Shown: positions 37,372 through 50,229 of the stretch, one piece after another
Position numbering within the stretch: the stretch's first letter is position 1
Layout: every line of letters starts with the position of its first letter
From: Octopus sinensis
Taxonomy: Eukaryota
Length of the DNA: 64,000 bases
NCBI RefSeq assembly: GCF_006345805.1
Contig: NC_042997.1
Span: 66,402,001 to 66,466,000 of the forward strand
Direction: 5' to 3'
The notes under the pieces: generated by a model
What the model was told of the DNA's origin: nothing
The model's database searches: none
The model's input: the letters and a program-made list of their open reading frames with translations, nothing else
Translations under genes and position numbers: made by a program

Positions 37372-38006
37372 CACACACATATATGACAAGCTTCTTTCAG
37401 TTTCCATTTACCAAATCCACTTACACGGCTTTGGTTGGCCTGAGGCTATATTAAAAGACATTTGCTCAAGGTGCCATGCAGTGGAACTGAACCCAGATCC
37501 ATGTGGTTGGAAAGTAAGCTTCTTACTACACAATCACTGTCTGCATGGACAACAGACATTAAATGATGATGATGATGATGATTGTACTTTTAACCTTTGT
37601 AATGTACTTCATACAATATAATCTTGATATTCTTTACAACATAGAGCAGACAGTTGACTACAGTTATCACACTATTGTATGTAGTGAACAAATCTAATCT
37701 AAAATAGTTGTCATACTTAACATATACATGTTGTTAATAAGCCAGTTGTATTTGTCCTGAGATGACATCTCTAATGGACTTGCTGTGTTAAAAACAATAA
37801 ATATCAGAGAGGGTACAGAAATTAACCCCAGCAGCTTTTAGTGAGAGTACCAGATGCATTTCAGATTTTTTAGGCATTTTTAATACATGCATTCACAGCC
37901 AACCGCATGTTTGGCTGAAAATTCATTGCTTCTGACATAGGAAAATGTGAACAAAACATTCATTGACGTTGTGAATAGCTGCCTTGTTGATTAAAAGTTT
38001 GGTATA

Positions 38007-38754
38007 CGAGGTGGTATCAAAAGGTTCCCGCACTAGTTATGGAATCTGGCTTGGAAGTTGTTTTCCATAAGTGAGTCGAGGACCTTCAGCAATTCACTCT
38101 AGATCTCAGCAGAGATGTTAAAACAGTGACCTTTGAGCTGCATTTTCATCTTGGGGAAGAGATGGGAGTCCACAGGTGCTAAATTTGGTGACTAGTAGTT
38201 TTGGGCAAGAAACCTGTGAGTAAGGAGAGCTTGGTGAAGAATCCAATTCTTTGCATTCCACAGATCCAGTCGCTTTCACTAGATGTCCTCTCTCAAATGT
38301 TTCAAAATGTTGCAGTAGAACTCTCAATTGATGCTCTGGCCCTAGGGACAAATTCTCGATGCACAATATCACATTTCTGGGGGTGATGCTCATGGCAGGT
38401 CTTCCAGATCATTCATCGTTTTCCAGAGATATTCTTCTGCTTTTAAAGCACTCATGCCACTCAAAACATTGTGTACAACCCATTGCATTGTTGTTGTCCA
38501 ATGTCTTTGTAGCAAATTTCCCAATTTTAATGCAAAATTTCACATTGTCTCTTTGTTCCTGTCAAAATCATAGACTACAATATACATGTGATCACAAAAA
38601 CACAAATTTTACAACTTACGAACTAGACACAGTGATGTCACTCGCCACACTGCCCCATAAAAGTTACTGCTAGCTCTCACTGCGCATGCAACTGTGTGCT
38701 GCTATCTGTTGGCACGCTACAGAATTAGTCCAGGAACTTCTTGATATCACTTTG
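38007..38754 (-). mobile_element. Internally deleted mariner-type element
   Basis: TA-flanked TIRs CGAGGTGGTATCAAAAGGTTCC / GGAACTTCTTGATATCACTTTG; minus-strand SPNLAPVDSHLFPKMK. Confidence 0.8.
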
Positions 38755-38830
38755 TATTCAGTTGATGTGGTATTTAATTAAAATAGTCTTCCACATATCA
38801 GCCTATCAACAATGTGTATACATTATGATT

Positions 38831-39045
38831 AGGCAGCAAGCTGACAGAAACGTTAGCATGCTGGGCAAAATGCTTAGCAGTATTTCATCTATCTTTACAG
38901 TCTGAGCTCAAATGCCACCGAAGTCAACTTTGCCTTTCATTCTTTCAGGGTCAATAAGTTAAGTACCAGTTGCATACTGGAGTCAATCTAATCGACTGGC
39001 CCCCTCCCAAAAAATTTCGGGCTTTGAACCTAGAGTAGAAAAGAT
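38831..39045 (+). mobile_element. SINE C copy
   Basis: Family C core. Confidence 0.82.
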
Positions 39046-39158
39046 TGTGGTATGTTGATGGTTGTTCTGATTAAATACTGCTTAAGTTGTGTCTACCAGA
39101 TTTATATTTATAATCTGTTCTCTCTGTTATTTACCTTTTACATAATACCTTTCTACAG

Positions 39159-39247
39159 CATGGTGACACTTCAGCCGATGTGAGGACTTCAAGCACTGCT
39201 TCCCATACTGATAACATCCGTTCCATTTATGGACCTTCTGTAGCCAG
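39159..39247 (+). CDS. MLH1: MLH1 exon (human exon 8 equivalent)
   Basis: ctacag|CAT GGT...GCC AG|gtaaga; HGDTSADVRTSSTASHTDNIRSIYGPSVA; 89 bp. Confidence 0.94.
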
Positions 39248-39839
39248 GTAAGAATCACTCTTAACCATGCTTGCATGCAAAAACAAGTTGGAGAATTACT
39301 TTAGTGTGATGGCATCACAACTGTCCAGGATAGAGTAGATGCATGGTTGAAATCCTGTAGGGAGCTATTTTTTCTGTCCAAGAGGTTTTTTTTTTACTAA
39401 ATGTATTTTGAGCTATTATTTATAGGTACATTGGCATTCAAGATAACTTACAGAGATTTATTTTCATGTGTGTGCACATGTGTACATGCTGTTTTTGCTA
39501 TTTTTGCTTTCTATATGTGTCTGTGTGTGGTACAAACAATTCAAGATTAAAAATAATAACAATGTGCAACTATCCGTGTATATATATATATATATATATA
39601 ATTAATCAATATAGGGTGGCAAAAAATTTTGTAGAATTTTTTTGCCACCAGCGGCCTAGTGGGAAAAAATTAAATAGTCATAGACCATCATATAAGAAAT
39701 TACAGGGTAAATGTTTTTTTAATTTTCTCCTGATTTGCGGAATTAATGTTATTTTGCGGTTGAAGCTTTGGCTGTTATTTCTAGTGGGTGAATGGCCTAT
39801 TATGGCCGTTCCTTGATTGTGATATATATATATATATAT

Positions 39840-40073
39840 ATAAAACCCATCAAGCAAAGTAAAATCGCAGTCATGGCAGATACTGGTGTCACGCAAGTGG
39901 CATGTAAAAACACCCATTACATTCTCGGAGCAGTTGGTTTTAGGAAGGGCATCCAGCAGTAGAAACCATGCAGACTCAGACTGGAGTCTGGTGCAGCCTT
40001 CCAGCTTGCCAGCCCTGGTCAAACTATCCAACACATGCTAGCATGGACAACGGACGCTAAATGATGATGATGA
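39840..40073 (+). mobile_element. RTE LINE 3' end
   Basis: Shared 3' UTR and (GAT)n tail. Confidence 0.8.
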
Positions 40074-41042
40074 TATATATGTATATCTGTGTGTGTGTGG
40101 GTGTATATATATATATATATATGTATGTTTGTATATATTCTTATTGATATTTAGTAGAAGTAACAGAGTGACTCAAGGTCTGAGGGTTTCATGCATTAGC
40201 ACTTGCCAAGCTAGTTGCAGGTTGAAGACCTGTGAGTTTATGTAGCTGGTAATAAAGATATTTCCCTCTGGATTGTTCTAGGTCGAATTTTAAAATCATA
40301 ATAATGTCATGTGGGTAATTCAAATAGTTTTCTCATTATGTCGTTCGGTAAGCAAGCATAGATAAATAAGTAAGCAAAGTAATAAAGAGAGAGAAAACGT
40401 GTGTGTGTGTGTGTGTCCTTATCTTGTCATCACATGATTGTTATAAATGATTGTCATTCATACTTGTAATGTCTCTCATTTCATTTCCAATGTTCTGTGA
40501 AAACATGTTTGCTTATGGGGAAATGTTACTTTGCTTGGAAACAGTTAAGGGTTGGCAACAGCAAGGGTAGCCAGCTGGAGAAAATCTGGTGCGATAAACT
40601 CTATCCTACCCGTGCACGCATGGATAAGGGGACATTAAAAAATGATGATGATGATGTGTGTGTGCATCTTGTAGTAAAACATGTAAACATTGATAAGGAA
40701 TCTCATAGACTAGTGTTTTTTTTTAATGAAAATCATTTGTGATGTTTGTTCCACCCGAGTTGCACAGATAACCTCTTGTTGCTCTCCTTATGACTGACTC
40801 ATTGGAAACCTTTAACCATCACATGGCTATCACATCTACTTGATCAAAGGGGCAGATGCATAATTTGGTTTTCATGTCTTCATCATTTGCTAAATTTGAA
40901 CAGATGGTAGGGTATTGTGAGGAACATGGTAAGGGTAGCAGGTAGGGAGGAAAGTAAGATGTTTATTCCATGTTAAGTATTACCATGTTCCTAATTTTCT
41001 CCCAAAATAATCATTGTTGTATTTGTGTTCCATTCCTGCTAG

Positions 41043-41155
41043 GGAACTGTTGGAGGTCCAGCATGAAGACGAGAAGCTCAAGTTTAAAATGCATGGTTTC
41101 TGTACCAATGCTAATTATTCTACCAAGAAGTGTATTTTCCTCTTGTTCATTAACC
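41043..41155 (+). CDS. MLH1: MLH1 exon (human exon 9 equivalent)
   Basis: tgctag|G GAA CTG...AAC C|gtaagt; [37 protein letters not shown]; 113 bp. Confidence 0.95.
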
Positions 41156-41162
41156 GTAAGTA

Positions 41163-41194
<32 letters not shown>

Positions 41195-42202
41195 TATCTA
41201 CATATTTATCTTATTATTGCTTTCTATATCTCTCCATTTCTTTTTCTTGTTCTCTCACTCTTTCCATATATATGTGTGAATGTATGTATATTTATGTTTA
41301 TGTATGTAGGTATGTATACAAGCCCTCTTATTCACCACTTACTAAAAAAGAGTGATGAGAAAGTATCAAGCCATTTATCCTAAGGGGATAAATGGCTTGA
41401 GGGGAAAAATCATTAAATTCAATTGAGATAAGTTCTGAGCATTAAAAGAACAAAAGTGGAGGGCGTCAAACTCCATGCGACAACTTGGCCTTCAATACAT
41501 CACACAAAGCCAAATTAACCCAAAACAACTGTGGCATTTGTTACATAATTTTCATTTGCTCCTGATATGTTTTTGTGTCTTTTAACACATTATGTTTATT
41601 AGAGACTTTATATCAGGACAAATACCGCAATAAATTTGGCTTTCTGCATTATGTATGATACACAGATTACTGTTTTTTTATAATTATCTTAAAAAGATAA
41701 TGCCTTGCATGGCCACTGTACAATGACTGAAATCAGTAAACGGATAAAGATTTAAGTGTTATATTATAGCAGGGATCTTGAACTTATGGCATTTCAACGT
41801 CGCTGTTCAAATCTATGGAAAAATACCTCTTACTTTATAAGTTCTCAATTAACAAGAGATAATTAGCAATAAATGAGCTTGTAAAAGTGAGAACTACCGA
41901 TGTATAACAGAAATGGTAGAGCGTCCAATAAGATGCTTGTTTTTAAATTCTGAGCACAAATCCTTCTGATGTCAATTTTACCTTCCATTCTCATTATCAA
42001 GAATTGGAATAAGTTTAGTTGATTATACCTTCCTATATAAATTTATGGCCTTCTGCTAAAGTTAATCAATATTGACAGGGGAAAAAAATCAGTCTTTCAT
42101 GTAACCAAACACATCATGTACTTGATTAGTTATTATTAGTTATTGGTATTTCATATATACTGGCTTTGGCTAACTATTTCTTTTCAGATTTCATTATTAT
42201 TA

Positions 42203-42235
<33 letters not shown>

Positions 42236-42238
<3 letters not shown>

Positions 42239-44511
42239 TAGTTTTATTTTTATAGCGTGCTTTCACTTCACTACCAAGCGCAGCTCTGTGTGCCTTGGGT
42301 ATGTGCTGTGATTTGTTGTGATGCTCTGATGGTTATTGTATGGAAAGTGTTCTGCGTAGGATGTGTGCAGTGCCTAGTAGTGCAATTTTCTGTATGTTAT
42401 ATGTGTTTGTAAGTCCTGGTGTTTTTGTTATGTATTTGTCTGAATATTTTTTTATCATGCCTAATGCACCTACTATGATAGGAATTGTTTCTGTTTTCAG
42501 GTTCCACATTCTAGTTACCTCTATTTCCAGGTCTTTGTATTTTGAGAGTTTCTCCATTTCTTTTAGAGAAACGTTGTCATCTGCCGGTATTGATACATCA
42601 ATTAGAAAGCATTTTTTTTCTTCATGATCTCTGACAACTATATCTGGTCTGTTGGCTTTAATTTCTCTATCTGTGTGTATCGGCATATCCCAGAGTATGG
42701 TTGCTTTCTCGTTTTCTGTGACCTTTTCTGGTGTATGCCTATACCATCTTTTTTCTGTTGTTATTCCATAATGTTGGCATAGCTTCCAATGTATGTAGGT
42801 TCCAACTCTGTCATGTCTGTGAATATATTCCTTCTTAGCCAGGACTGGGCAGCTAGAGATAATATGATTTATTGTTTCTTGTCCATCTCCACATATTCTG
42901 TAGTTACTTGTAATATTTCTTTTCATTACATGTTTTTGGTAATTTCTGATGGGGAGGCTTTGGTCTTGTGCTGCAATTAAAAATCCCTCTGTTTCTGCTT
43001 TGAGTCCTGAGCTTCTCAACCATTGCTGGGATTTTTCTTTGTCTATTTCTTTTGCGTTTAGTTTAGTGCAGTATTTACCATGAAGGGGTTTTTCTTGCCA
43101 TCGTTTTATCATGGCTCGTTGCTGTTCTATTTTTAGTTTGGATTTCATTTGTTTTATAGCTTTTGTTGTTTCTTCATCGTCTTCTTCTTCTTCTTTGTGT
43201 TTATTAGGTGGTATGATTTCTTGTTTGTATTTGTCAGCTTCCTTAAATACTGAGAACAGTTTTTTGTTTTGCTCGTGTTTTGCTGCTATCTGGATCAGTT
43301 TTCCTTCCTTCTGAAGTAGGTATTTTTGCAGTCCGATGGTGGTTATTTTATAGTAGTTTTCCAGCTGTATAAGGCCTCTACCACCTTCTATACGTTGTAT
43401 ATATAGTCTTTCTATGTCAGATTTTGGGTGATGCATCCTAGATCCTGTCAATATTTTTCTTGTTTTCCTATCTATTTTGGACAGTTCATTCCGTGTCCAG
43501 TTAAGGATATTGTAGCTGTAACTTATAACTGAGACAGCTAAAGTGTTGATACCTATTATCTTGTTTTTAGCATTGAGCTCTGTTTTTAGTATTGATCTAA
43601 CTCATCTATAATATTCTTTTTTTATTTTCTCTTTTATTTGTGTGTGTTGTGTCTTATCTAGTTCATGGATTCCTAAGTATTTGTAAGTTTGGCTTTGGTC
43701 TAATTCTTTTATTTCATTGGTTTTATCTAGTGTGATGTTGTTACTCTTAACTAGTTTTCCTCTTTTCATGGTTACTTTGGCGCATTTTTCTAATCCAAAT
43801 TTCATATCTATTTCTTTGGTAAATCCATGAACTGTCTTTAATAGTGTTTCCAGCTGTTTGTCATTTGCAGCGTATAGTTTTAGGTCATCCATATATAAAA
43901 GGTGGCTGATCGTTTTGCCGTAACATTTATATCCGCATCCAGTTCTATTTAGCATATCAGATAGAGGTGACAGTGCCAAGCAGAAAAGGAGTGGAGAGAG
44001 CGTGTCTCCCTGGAATATTCCTCTTCTAATGGGGATGTCTTTGGTTTTCATGAGTCCCTCTTTTATTTGGAGGTGTAGGACTGTTTGCCATTTATTCATA
44101 GAGTGCTCTATGAATTTTATGATTGTTGGTGCTACTTTGTTAATGGCTAGTGTTTCGAGGATCCATGTGTGTGGGATGCTATCAAACGCCTTTTTGTAGT
44201 CAATCCAGGCCATACTGAGGCCTTTCTTCTTTCTGTGGCTGTCTTCAGTTACGGCTTTATTAATCATTAGTTGATCTTTACAGCCATATGAGCCCTTGCG
44301 GCATCCTTTCTGCTCTTCTGGAACAGTTTGTTTTCGTCCAGGTGCTTGTTCAGCCTTTGCGATATCACTGCAGTAAATGCCTTGAACATAGTAGGGAGGC
44401 AGGTTATTGGTCTGTAGTTTTCTGGTTTTGTTGTTTCATTTGATTTGGGAATTAAGATGGTTTTCCCCTTCGTGAGCCATTCAGGCATTGTCTCTGGCTC
44501 TGCTAGTATGC

Positions 44512-44514
<3 letters not shown>
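42236..44514 (-). mobile_element. Dong/R4-type (RLE) non-LTR retrotransposon, 5'-truncated, young
   Basis: RT (NYRPITCL, WIDYKKAFDSIPH, GIFQGDTLSP, YMDD), zinc knuckle (YRICG..ETINHIISSC) and RLE (RPDIVV...LIDVSIP..EKLSKY); (ATT)n on both sides. Confidence 0.92.
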
Positions 44515-44545
<31 letters not shown>

Positions 44546-45376
44546 GATAATAATAAAAATAATAATAATAATAATAAGGCTATGAGTGGGCAAAATGGTT
44601 GGCATGTTAGGTAGAATGCATCTGCCTTTACATTCTGAGTTCAAATTCCACTGAGGTTCACTTTGCCTTTCATCCTTTCGTAGTCAGTAAAATAAGTCCA
44701 AGTTGATCACTTGAGTTGATTTAATTGACTTAACCCCACCCACTAGATTGACTTCAATTTTCATCCTTCTAGAATCTATAAAGAAAGAACTATTTCGGTG
44801 CGCTGTACTGAGAACAGTCTCTGAGCTGCATTAAAGAGGCCAAGAAAGTAGCACGTCAAGCGCTTTTGCGGGCACTGAAGCAGCCAATACACGACCTTTA
44901 GTCATGATCCCACTGATCCTTTCTCCACCACTCTGTGAATTTGCTAAAATAAGAATAACCATGAGCCAGTGAGAAAGCCTCTATATGACTTACTTGGCCT
45001 GCTACAAAAAGCAGCCAAATCTATTTCAAATCACACCTTACAACATTAGAAATGGTAGGACACATTGGATAATAAATCCATTGATATACTGTGTCTGATA
45101 AAGGAAAAAATAACAGGACAGTCATGGCTGGAATATCTTTGATTATAGGTTTACTCAGTTCCAGCTGACCTGCAGCTAAGCAACAACAACCACACCACAT
45201 CATACCATGTCATATGACATGATTCTACCATGTGGTTTGTACATATGAACCAGCCTTCACTTTTCTGTTTATAACCTTTGAAAACTAGATGGCAGAACCT
45301 CACACTAGCTGACCAATGAAAGCACATCTAGTTATACAACCTCCTGAAAGCAGGCCCACCAAGCAAGTGTCTACGT

Positions 45377-45876
45377 CAGTGGTTCTCAACCATTTTTGAC
45401 CTGTGCACCCCTTTGATTCCTATCTTGCTCTACTGGACCCCAATAAACATTCAATGTTTAACCCTTTAGCATTCAGATTATTCTGTCTAATGTGAAGCTT
45501 ATTTATTCACCTTGTCTTGAATTAATCAGGCATCTTTCAGCTTCAAGATTTTGATGATGCAATTATTTATTATTAAAATGACATTATAGGGTAGATGTGA
45601 AGGGCCAGATCTGGCCTGTTTGAACATAAAACAGGTAGAATTTTTGGGCCTGATACACCTGGTTTAAATGCTAAAGGGTTAAAAAAAAGTCCCATAATAT
45701 TTTTATGATTAAATATTATTAGGAATTGTATTTAAAAAATGTTAAATTATTTCATGCATTGTAGAAGTATAAAAGATTTATTGCAGATAAATTTTAACAA
45801 CAAAATCTGATATGGACCCCTGCCAAGGGCCATGTGAACCACCAAAGGCCATCTAGACCCTGGTTGACAACCACTG
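45377..45876. mobile_element. hAT-type MITE with nested MITE F at 45462-45678
   Basis: CAGTGGTTCTCAACC...GGTTGACAACCACTG; inner element bounded by TTAA at 45458-61 and 45679-82. Confidence 0.8.
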
Positions 45877-46419
45877 CTCTGCATCATTCCTTGACCTGTT
45901 AAAAATAGAAGTCAAATCTCACAAATTATACCATACCATCCTAAATAAGGAAAGGATACATTAGATAATATAGTCATATATAGTTCTAACAACATGGGAT
46001 GTTCACAACAGGAATGCTTTTGAAAACAGATCTGCTTGTTCATAGGTGACCGAGGGCTAAACAATTGCAACCTGCTCAGCATAATCATCAAAACTCTCAT
46101 TCAACATTTGCCCAAGCATTTCACAACAGAAACGAAATGGTACATTTGAAAATATTGATGAATTGTTTCATTATGGCACTGGCATGACTGTGTGGTAAGG
46201 TGTTAGCTTCTCAACCAGATGGTTCCAGGTTCAACTAAACTCTTCAAGGTAGTGCCCCAGCATGGCCACAGTCCAATGGCTAAAACATGTAAAAGATAAA
46301 AGATAACAGCCATCTATATCACCCCAGCATTTTTATGACAATTATGAGTTCAGTACCCAGAAGACACAAACTGGGTGTGGAATATCTTGCTGAACTCTCA
46401 GTTTATATCCAGTTATATC

Positions 46420-46810
46420 TTTTATCTTTAACTTGTTTCAGTCATTTGACTGCAGCCTTATTGGAGCACTGCCTCAAAGAATTTAAGCAAACAAATCAAC
46501 CCCAGGACTTATTTTTATAACTCACATGCTTATTCTGTCAGTCTCTTTTACTGAAACACAAAGCTATGAGGAACATAAACAAACCAATATTGATCGTCAA
46601 GCATTGGTAAAGGACAAATACAACACAGACAGAAAGTCTCACATACATATACATATGTATAGGCTTCTTTCAGCTTCTGCCTACCAAATTCATTCACAAG
46701 GCTTTATTTACCTGGGACTATAGCTAGAAGACACTTACCCTTAGGTGCCACACTGTGGGACTCAACTCAGAGCCATATGGTTGGGAAACAAACTTCTTAA
46801 GCACAAAGCC
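46420..46810 (-). mobile_element. SINE D copy
   Basis: Homologous to 59039-59414. Confidence 0.75.
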
Positions 46811-46977
46811 TATATTTTTTAACTTGTGTGTCATCACAGCTCTTTAAACATTATTCGCTGTCTAAAAGAATAAAATGGTAATTGTTGTAGTCATTTGTTT
46901 ATGATCAAGTAATAAATTGACCATAAACAGCTACTACAGTCATGTCAAAAGTGATTGCTCTTCTGGTTCTCTTACAG

Positions 46978-47225
46978 ATCGACTTGTTGAGTCTTCTGCC
47001 TTGAAGAAAGCTCTAGAAGTTGTATATGAAGCCTATTTACCCAAGAACTCTCACCCATTTATGTACATCAGTTTAGAGATAGCACCTCAGAATGTTGATG
47101 TTAATGTTCACCCAACCAAACATGAAGTCCATTTTCTCAATGAAGACAGTATTATTGAAAGTGTACAGAAAGCTGTCGAGACAAAACTATTGGGATGCAA
47201 CTCATCTCGAACATACTTCACACAG
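46978..47225 (+). CDS. MLH1: MLH1 exon (human exons 10+11 as a single exon)
   Basis: ttacag|AT CGA CTT...ACA CAG|gtatct; [53 protein letters not shown]...SRTYFTQ; 248 bp = 94+154. Confidence 0.96.
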
Positions 47226-47624
47226 GTATCTTTGAAATTGTTTTTGCATATTTTTTTAATTTGTTTTTTATTTTCAACTGACTGTGACCGCAATTACTAC
47301 TGTCTGTTTTCGTAAATTGAATAGTGAGGTCAAGACTTATTTTCTTGTCATGCTACCAGAACGAAAGGATATTATCACGTGTTCTTGCAGGAAAAAAGAA
47401 AGTAAACTATGAATGTTAATCTTAATTTTAATTTTGATTTAATTTTTTTAATAGTTCTTTTCTCTTTACATATTCCATTTTAGTACATATTTTTCATAAG
47501 GTTTTTCAAAAACCAAAACATGTAAAAGGAGAATTAAAATGTACCCAATTTTAAGAAAGTAGCATTTTCGTTCTTGTTTTTCATAAATATATATATATAT
47601 ATACAAACATGCATATGTATATAG

Positions 47625-47842
47625 TTGTGTGTGTGTCTGTATTTGTTCCCCACCAACACCATTGCTTGACAACTGATGCTGGTGTGTTTATGTCCCCATA
47701 ACTTAGCAGTTTGGCAAAAGAGTCTAGAATAAATACTAGACTTACAAAGAATAAGTCCTGAGGTCGACTTCTTTGACTAAAACCTTTTAAGGCGGTACTC
47801 TAACATGGCTATAGTCAAAATGACTGAAACAAGTAAAGGAGT
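47625..47842 (+). mobile_element. SINE D 3' half
   Basis: GCTTGACAACTGATGCTGGTGTG...GACTGAAACAAGTAAA. Confidence 0.78.
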
Positions 47843-47854
47843 AGAATATATATA

Positions 47855-48562
47855 TCATCATCATCATTATTTAATGTGCCTTTTCCATGCTAACATGAAT
47901 TGGAATGATTTGAGAGGAACTGGTAAGCCAGGTAAGAGAGCTACATCAGGCTCCATTTGTCTGTTTTGGCATGGTTTCTATGGCTGGATGCCTTTCCTAA
48001 TGCCAGCCATTTTACAGAGCAGTAAAAGAATTAGCTCTCTGAACCTTGTGCAGTCCATTCTTATTCTAGTAACTGTACTTTCAATGCATCCTCCTCCACT
48101 GCTAACTTGGTCACCTAGGTAATAGAAGTTATCTACTTCTAAGGATCCCCACCAGATATTTCAGGAATGCTATTTATATATGTATGTATACACACACACA
48201 CACACACGACACTGAACCTTTCAGGTAAGACAACAAAGGACTGAGATACCTGGTGCCTGGCTGTACTCAAGAACTGTACTCCACAGCAGAAGTGTTAAAA
48301 CCGATCCTGTGGATGGTATAAGGCACTCATAATAGTGCCACATAAAAGCACCTGTGCATGGGCACATGAAAGTGCTCATTCCATGCCACATAAAAGCACC
48401 CAGCACACTTTGTTAAGAGGTTGGTGTTAGGAAGGGTATCCAGCCATAGAAACCATGCCAAATCAGCGTGGAGTCTGGTGCAGCTCCCCAGTTCACCAGC
48501 TCTGGTCAAACCATCCAACCCATGCCACCATGGACATTAGACATTAAATGATGATGATGATA
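47855..48562. mobile_element. Two inverted RTE LINE 3' ends (47855-48025 minus, 48240-48562 plus)
   Basis: (ATC)n-led and (GAT)n-ended copies of the same 3' UTR. Confidence 0.75.
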
Positions 48563-48931
48563 GTATATTTATATGTCTGTGTGTGCATGTGTTACTGTCT
48601 CCTTGCCTTGACTTCATGTGATAGTTGTAAACAAGTGTCACTGTCATGAAAGTGGTGTCCTTCACTTCCAGACTTCCATGAAGACATGCTCAGTCATAGG
48701 AAATATTACCTTACTTGATAACATGTGAGGGTTGGCAACAGGAAGAGCATCCATCTGTAGAAAATCTACTTCAACAAATTCTTTGACCTATGCAATTGAT
48801 GATGATGATGATGATGTAGTAGTAGTAGGAGGAGGAGGAGGCTGTCTACCATCAGTTTATTGTTCTTTCTTCAGCTAACATAGCTTGCACAGTCTTATTA
48901 TTTGCACATGTAAATCCTTTCTTTTCTGCAG

Positions 48932-49001
48932 GCTTTGCTTCCAGGGGTCACAACAAATCTGGACACTGAGCCTAAGAAAACATCAGAGGGTTCTAACCAA
49001 G
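48932..49001 (+). CDS. MLH1: MLH1 exon, start of linker (5' part of human exon 12)
   Basis: ctgcag|GCT TTG CTT CCA GGG...CAA G|gtaaat; ALLPGVTTNLDTEPKKTSEGSNQ, similar to human TLLPG; 70 bp; phases fit both neighbours. Confidence 0.85.
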
Positions 49002-49404
49002 GTAAATAACTCTCTACTTCAATCCTTCTTCATTTACTAGTTTACAACAAAAGTGACAGCACTTTCCCTCTCTTTCTCAGTTTAAGACAAGGGGCAACAG
49101 ACCAAAATGTTAGTCTTCATTCCTTGCATTAACTCAGCTTATAAAATTCTTCTAAGTAACTCTCAGATTTATTAAACCTTAGTAAAAATGAGATGTAAAA
49201 ATAGTCAATATACCCCTCTGGACTTGGTACAACTTTGTCTTTCATCCTTTTGGATGAAAGGTAAAGTTGGCCCTGAGATTTGAACTCAGTAAGCAGTGAG
49301 TTAGAACAAATATTGCATTGCAGTCTATCCAGCACTCTAACAACTCTGCCAATTCCCTCACAATTAGGTGAGGATGGCCATTACTAATATTTCTGAGCAA
49401 ATAA

Positions 49405-49848
49405 AGTGGCCAGCTGGCAGAATCATAAGCACACCAGGCCAAATGCTTAGCAGCATTTCATCAGTCTTAATGTTCTGAGTTCAAATTCTGCTGAGGTTAA
49501 CTTTGCCTTTCATCCTTTCATGGTTGACAAGATAAGTACCAGTTGAGGACTGAGGTCAATAGAATTGACTTACCCCTTCCTCGATATTGCTGGCTTCATG
49601 CCAGAATTTGAAACTAATATTTCTGAACAAATAAGGTGGTGAGCTGGCAGAATTGTTAGCATGCTGGGCAAAATGCTTAGCAGCATTTCATCCATCTTCA
49701 TGTTCGGAGTTCAAATTCTGCTGAGGCTGACTTAGCCTTTCATCCTTTTGTGGTCGATAAAATAGGTACCAATTTAGCACTGGGGTCAATCTAATTGACT
49801 TACCCCTCTCCTGAAATTGCTGACCTTGTGGCAAAACTTGAAACCATA
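49405..49848 (+). mobile_element. Two tandem SINE C copies
   Basis: Each preceded by the near-identical AATATTTCTGA(G/A)CAAATAA. Confidence 0.82.
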
Positions 49849-49901
49849 TTTCTGAGCAAATACTTAATTTAGTTAATTACTTCTGTAGATCTAGTTTTAA
49901 C

Positions 49902-50218
49902 TGGCACTCCATCACTTATGACGCTGAGGGTTCCAGTTGATCAAATCAGTGGAAATGCTCGTGAAATTAATATGCAAGTGGCTGAGCACTCCACAGACGT
50001 GCATACTCTTAATGTAGTTCTCAGGGAGGTTCAGTGTGACATAGAATGTGACAAGACTGGCTCTTTTGAATTACAGATACAACTCATTTTCGCCAACTGA
50101 GTGAACTGGAGTAATGTGAAATAAAGTGACTTACTCAAAGACACAATGTACCACTAGAAATTGAACATGTGATCTTATGATCATGATCCTAATACCCTAA
50201 CCACTAAGCCATGTGCCT
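49902..50218 (-). mobile_element. tRNA-derived SINE (head B + tail X)
   Basis: 49902-50082 aligns with 2653-2852; 50083-50218 aligns with the head of the 52697 element. Confidence 0.8.
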
Positions 50219-50229
50219 TTACATCTAGT

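Noticed and set aside
47226-47240. U12-type intron suggested by the donor GTATCT
   Set aside because: GTATCTTTG deviates from the GTATCCTT consensus, and the acceptor has an ordinary pyrimidine tract plus CAG with no clear TCCTTAAC branch site.
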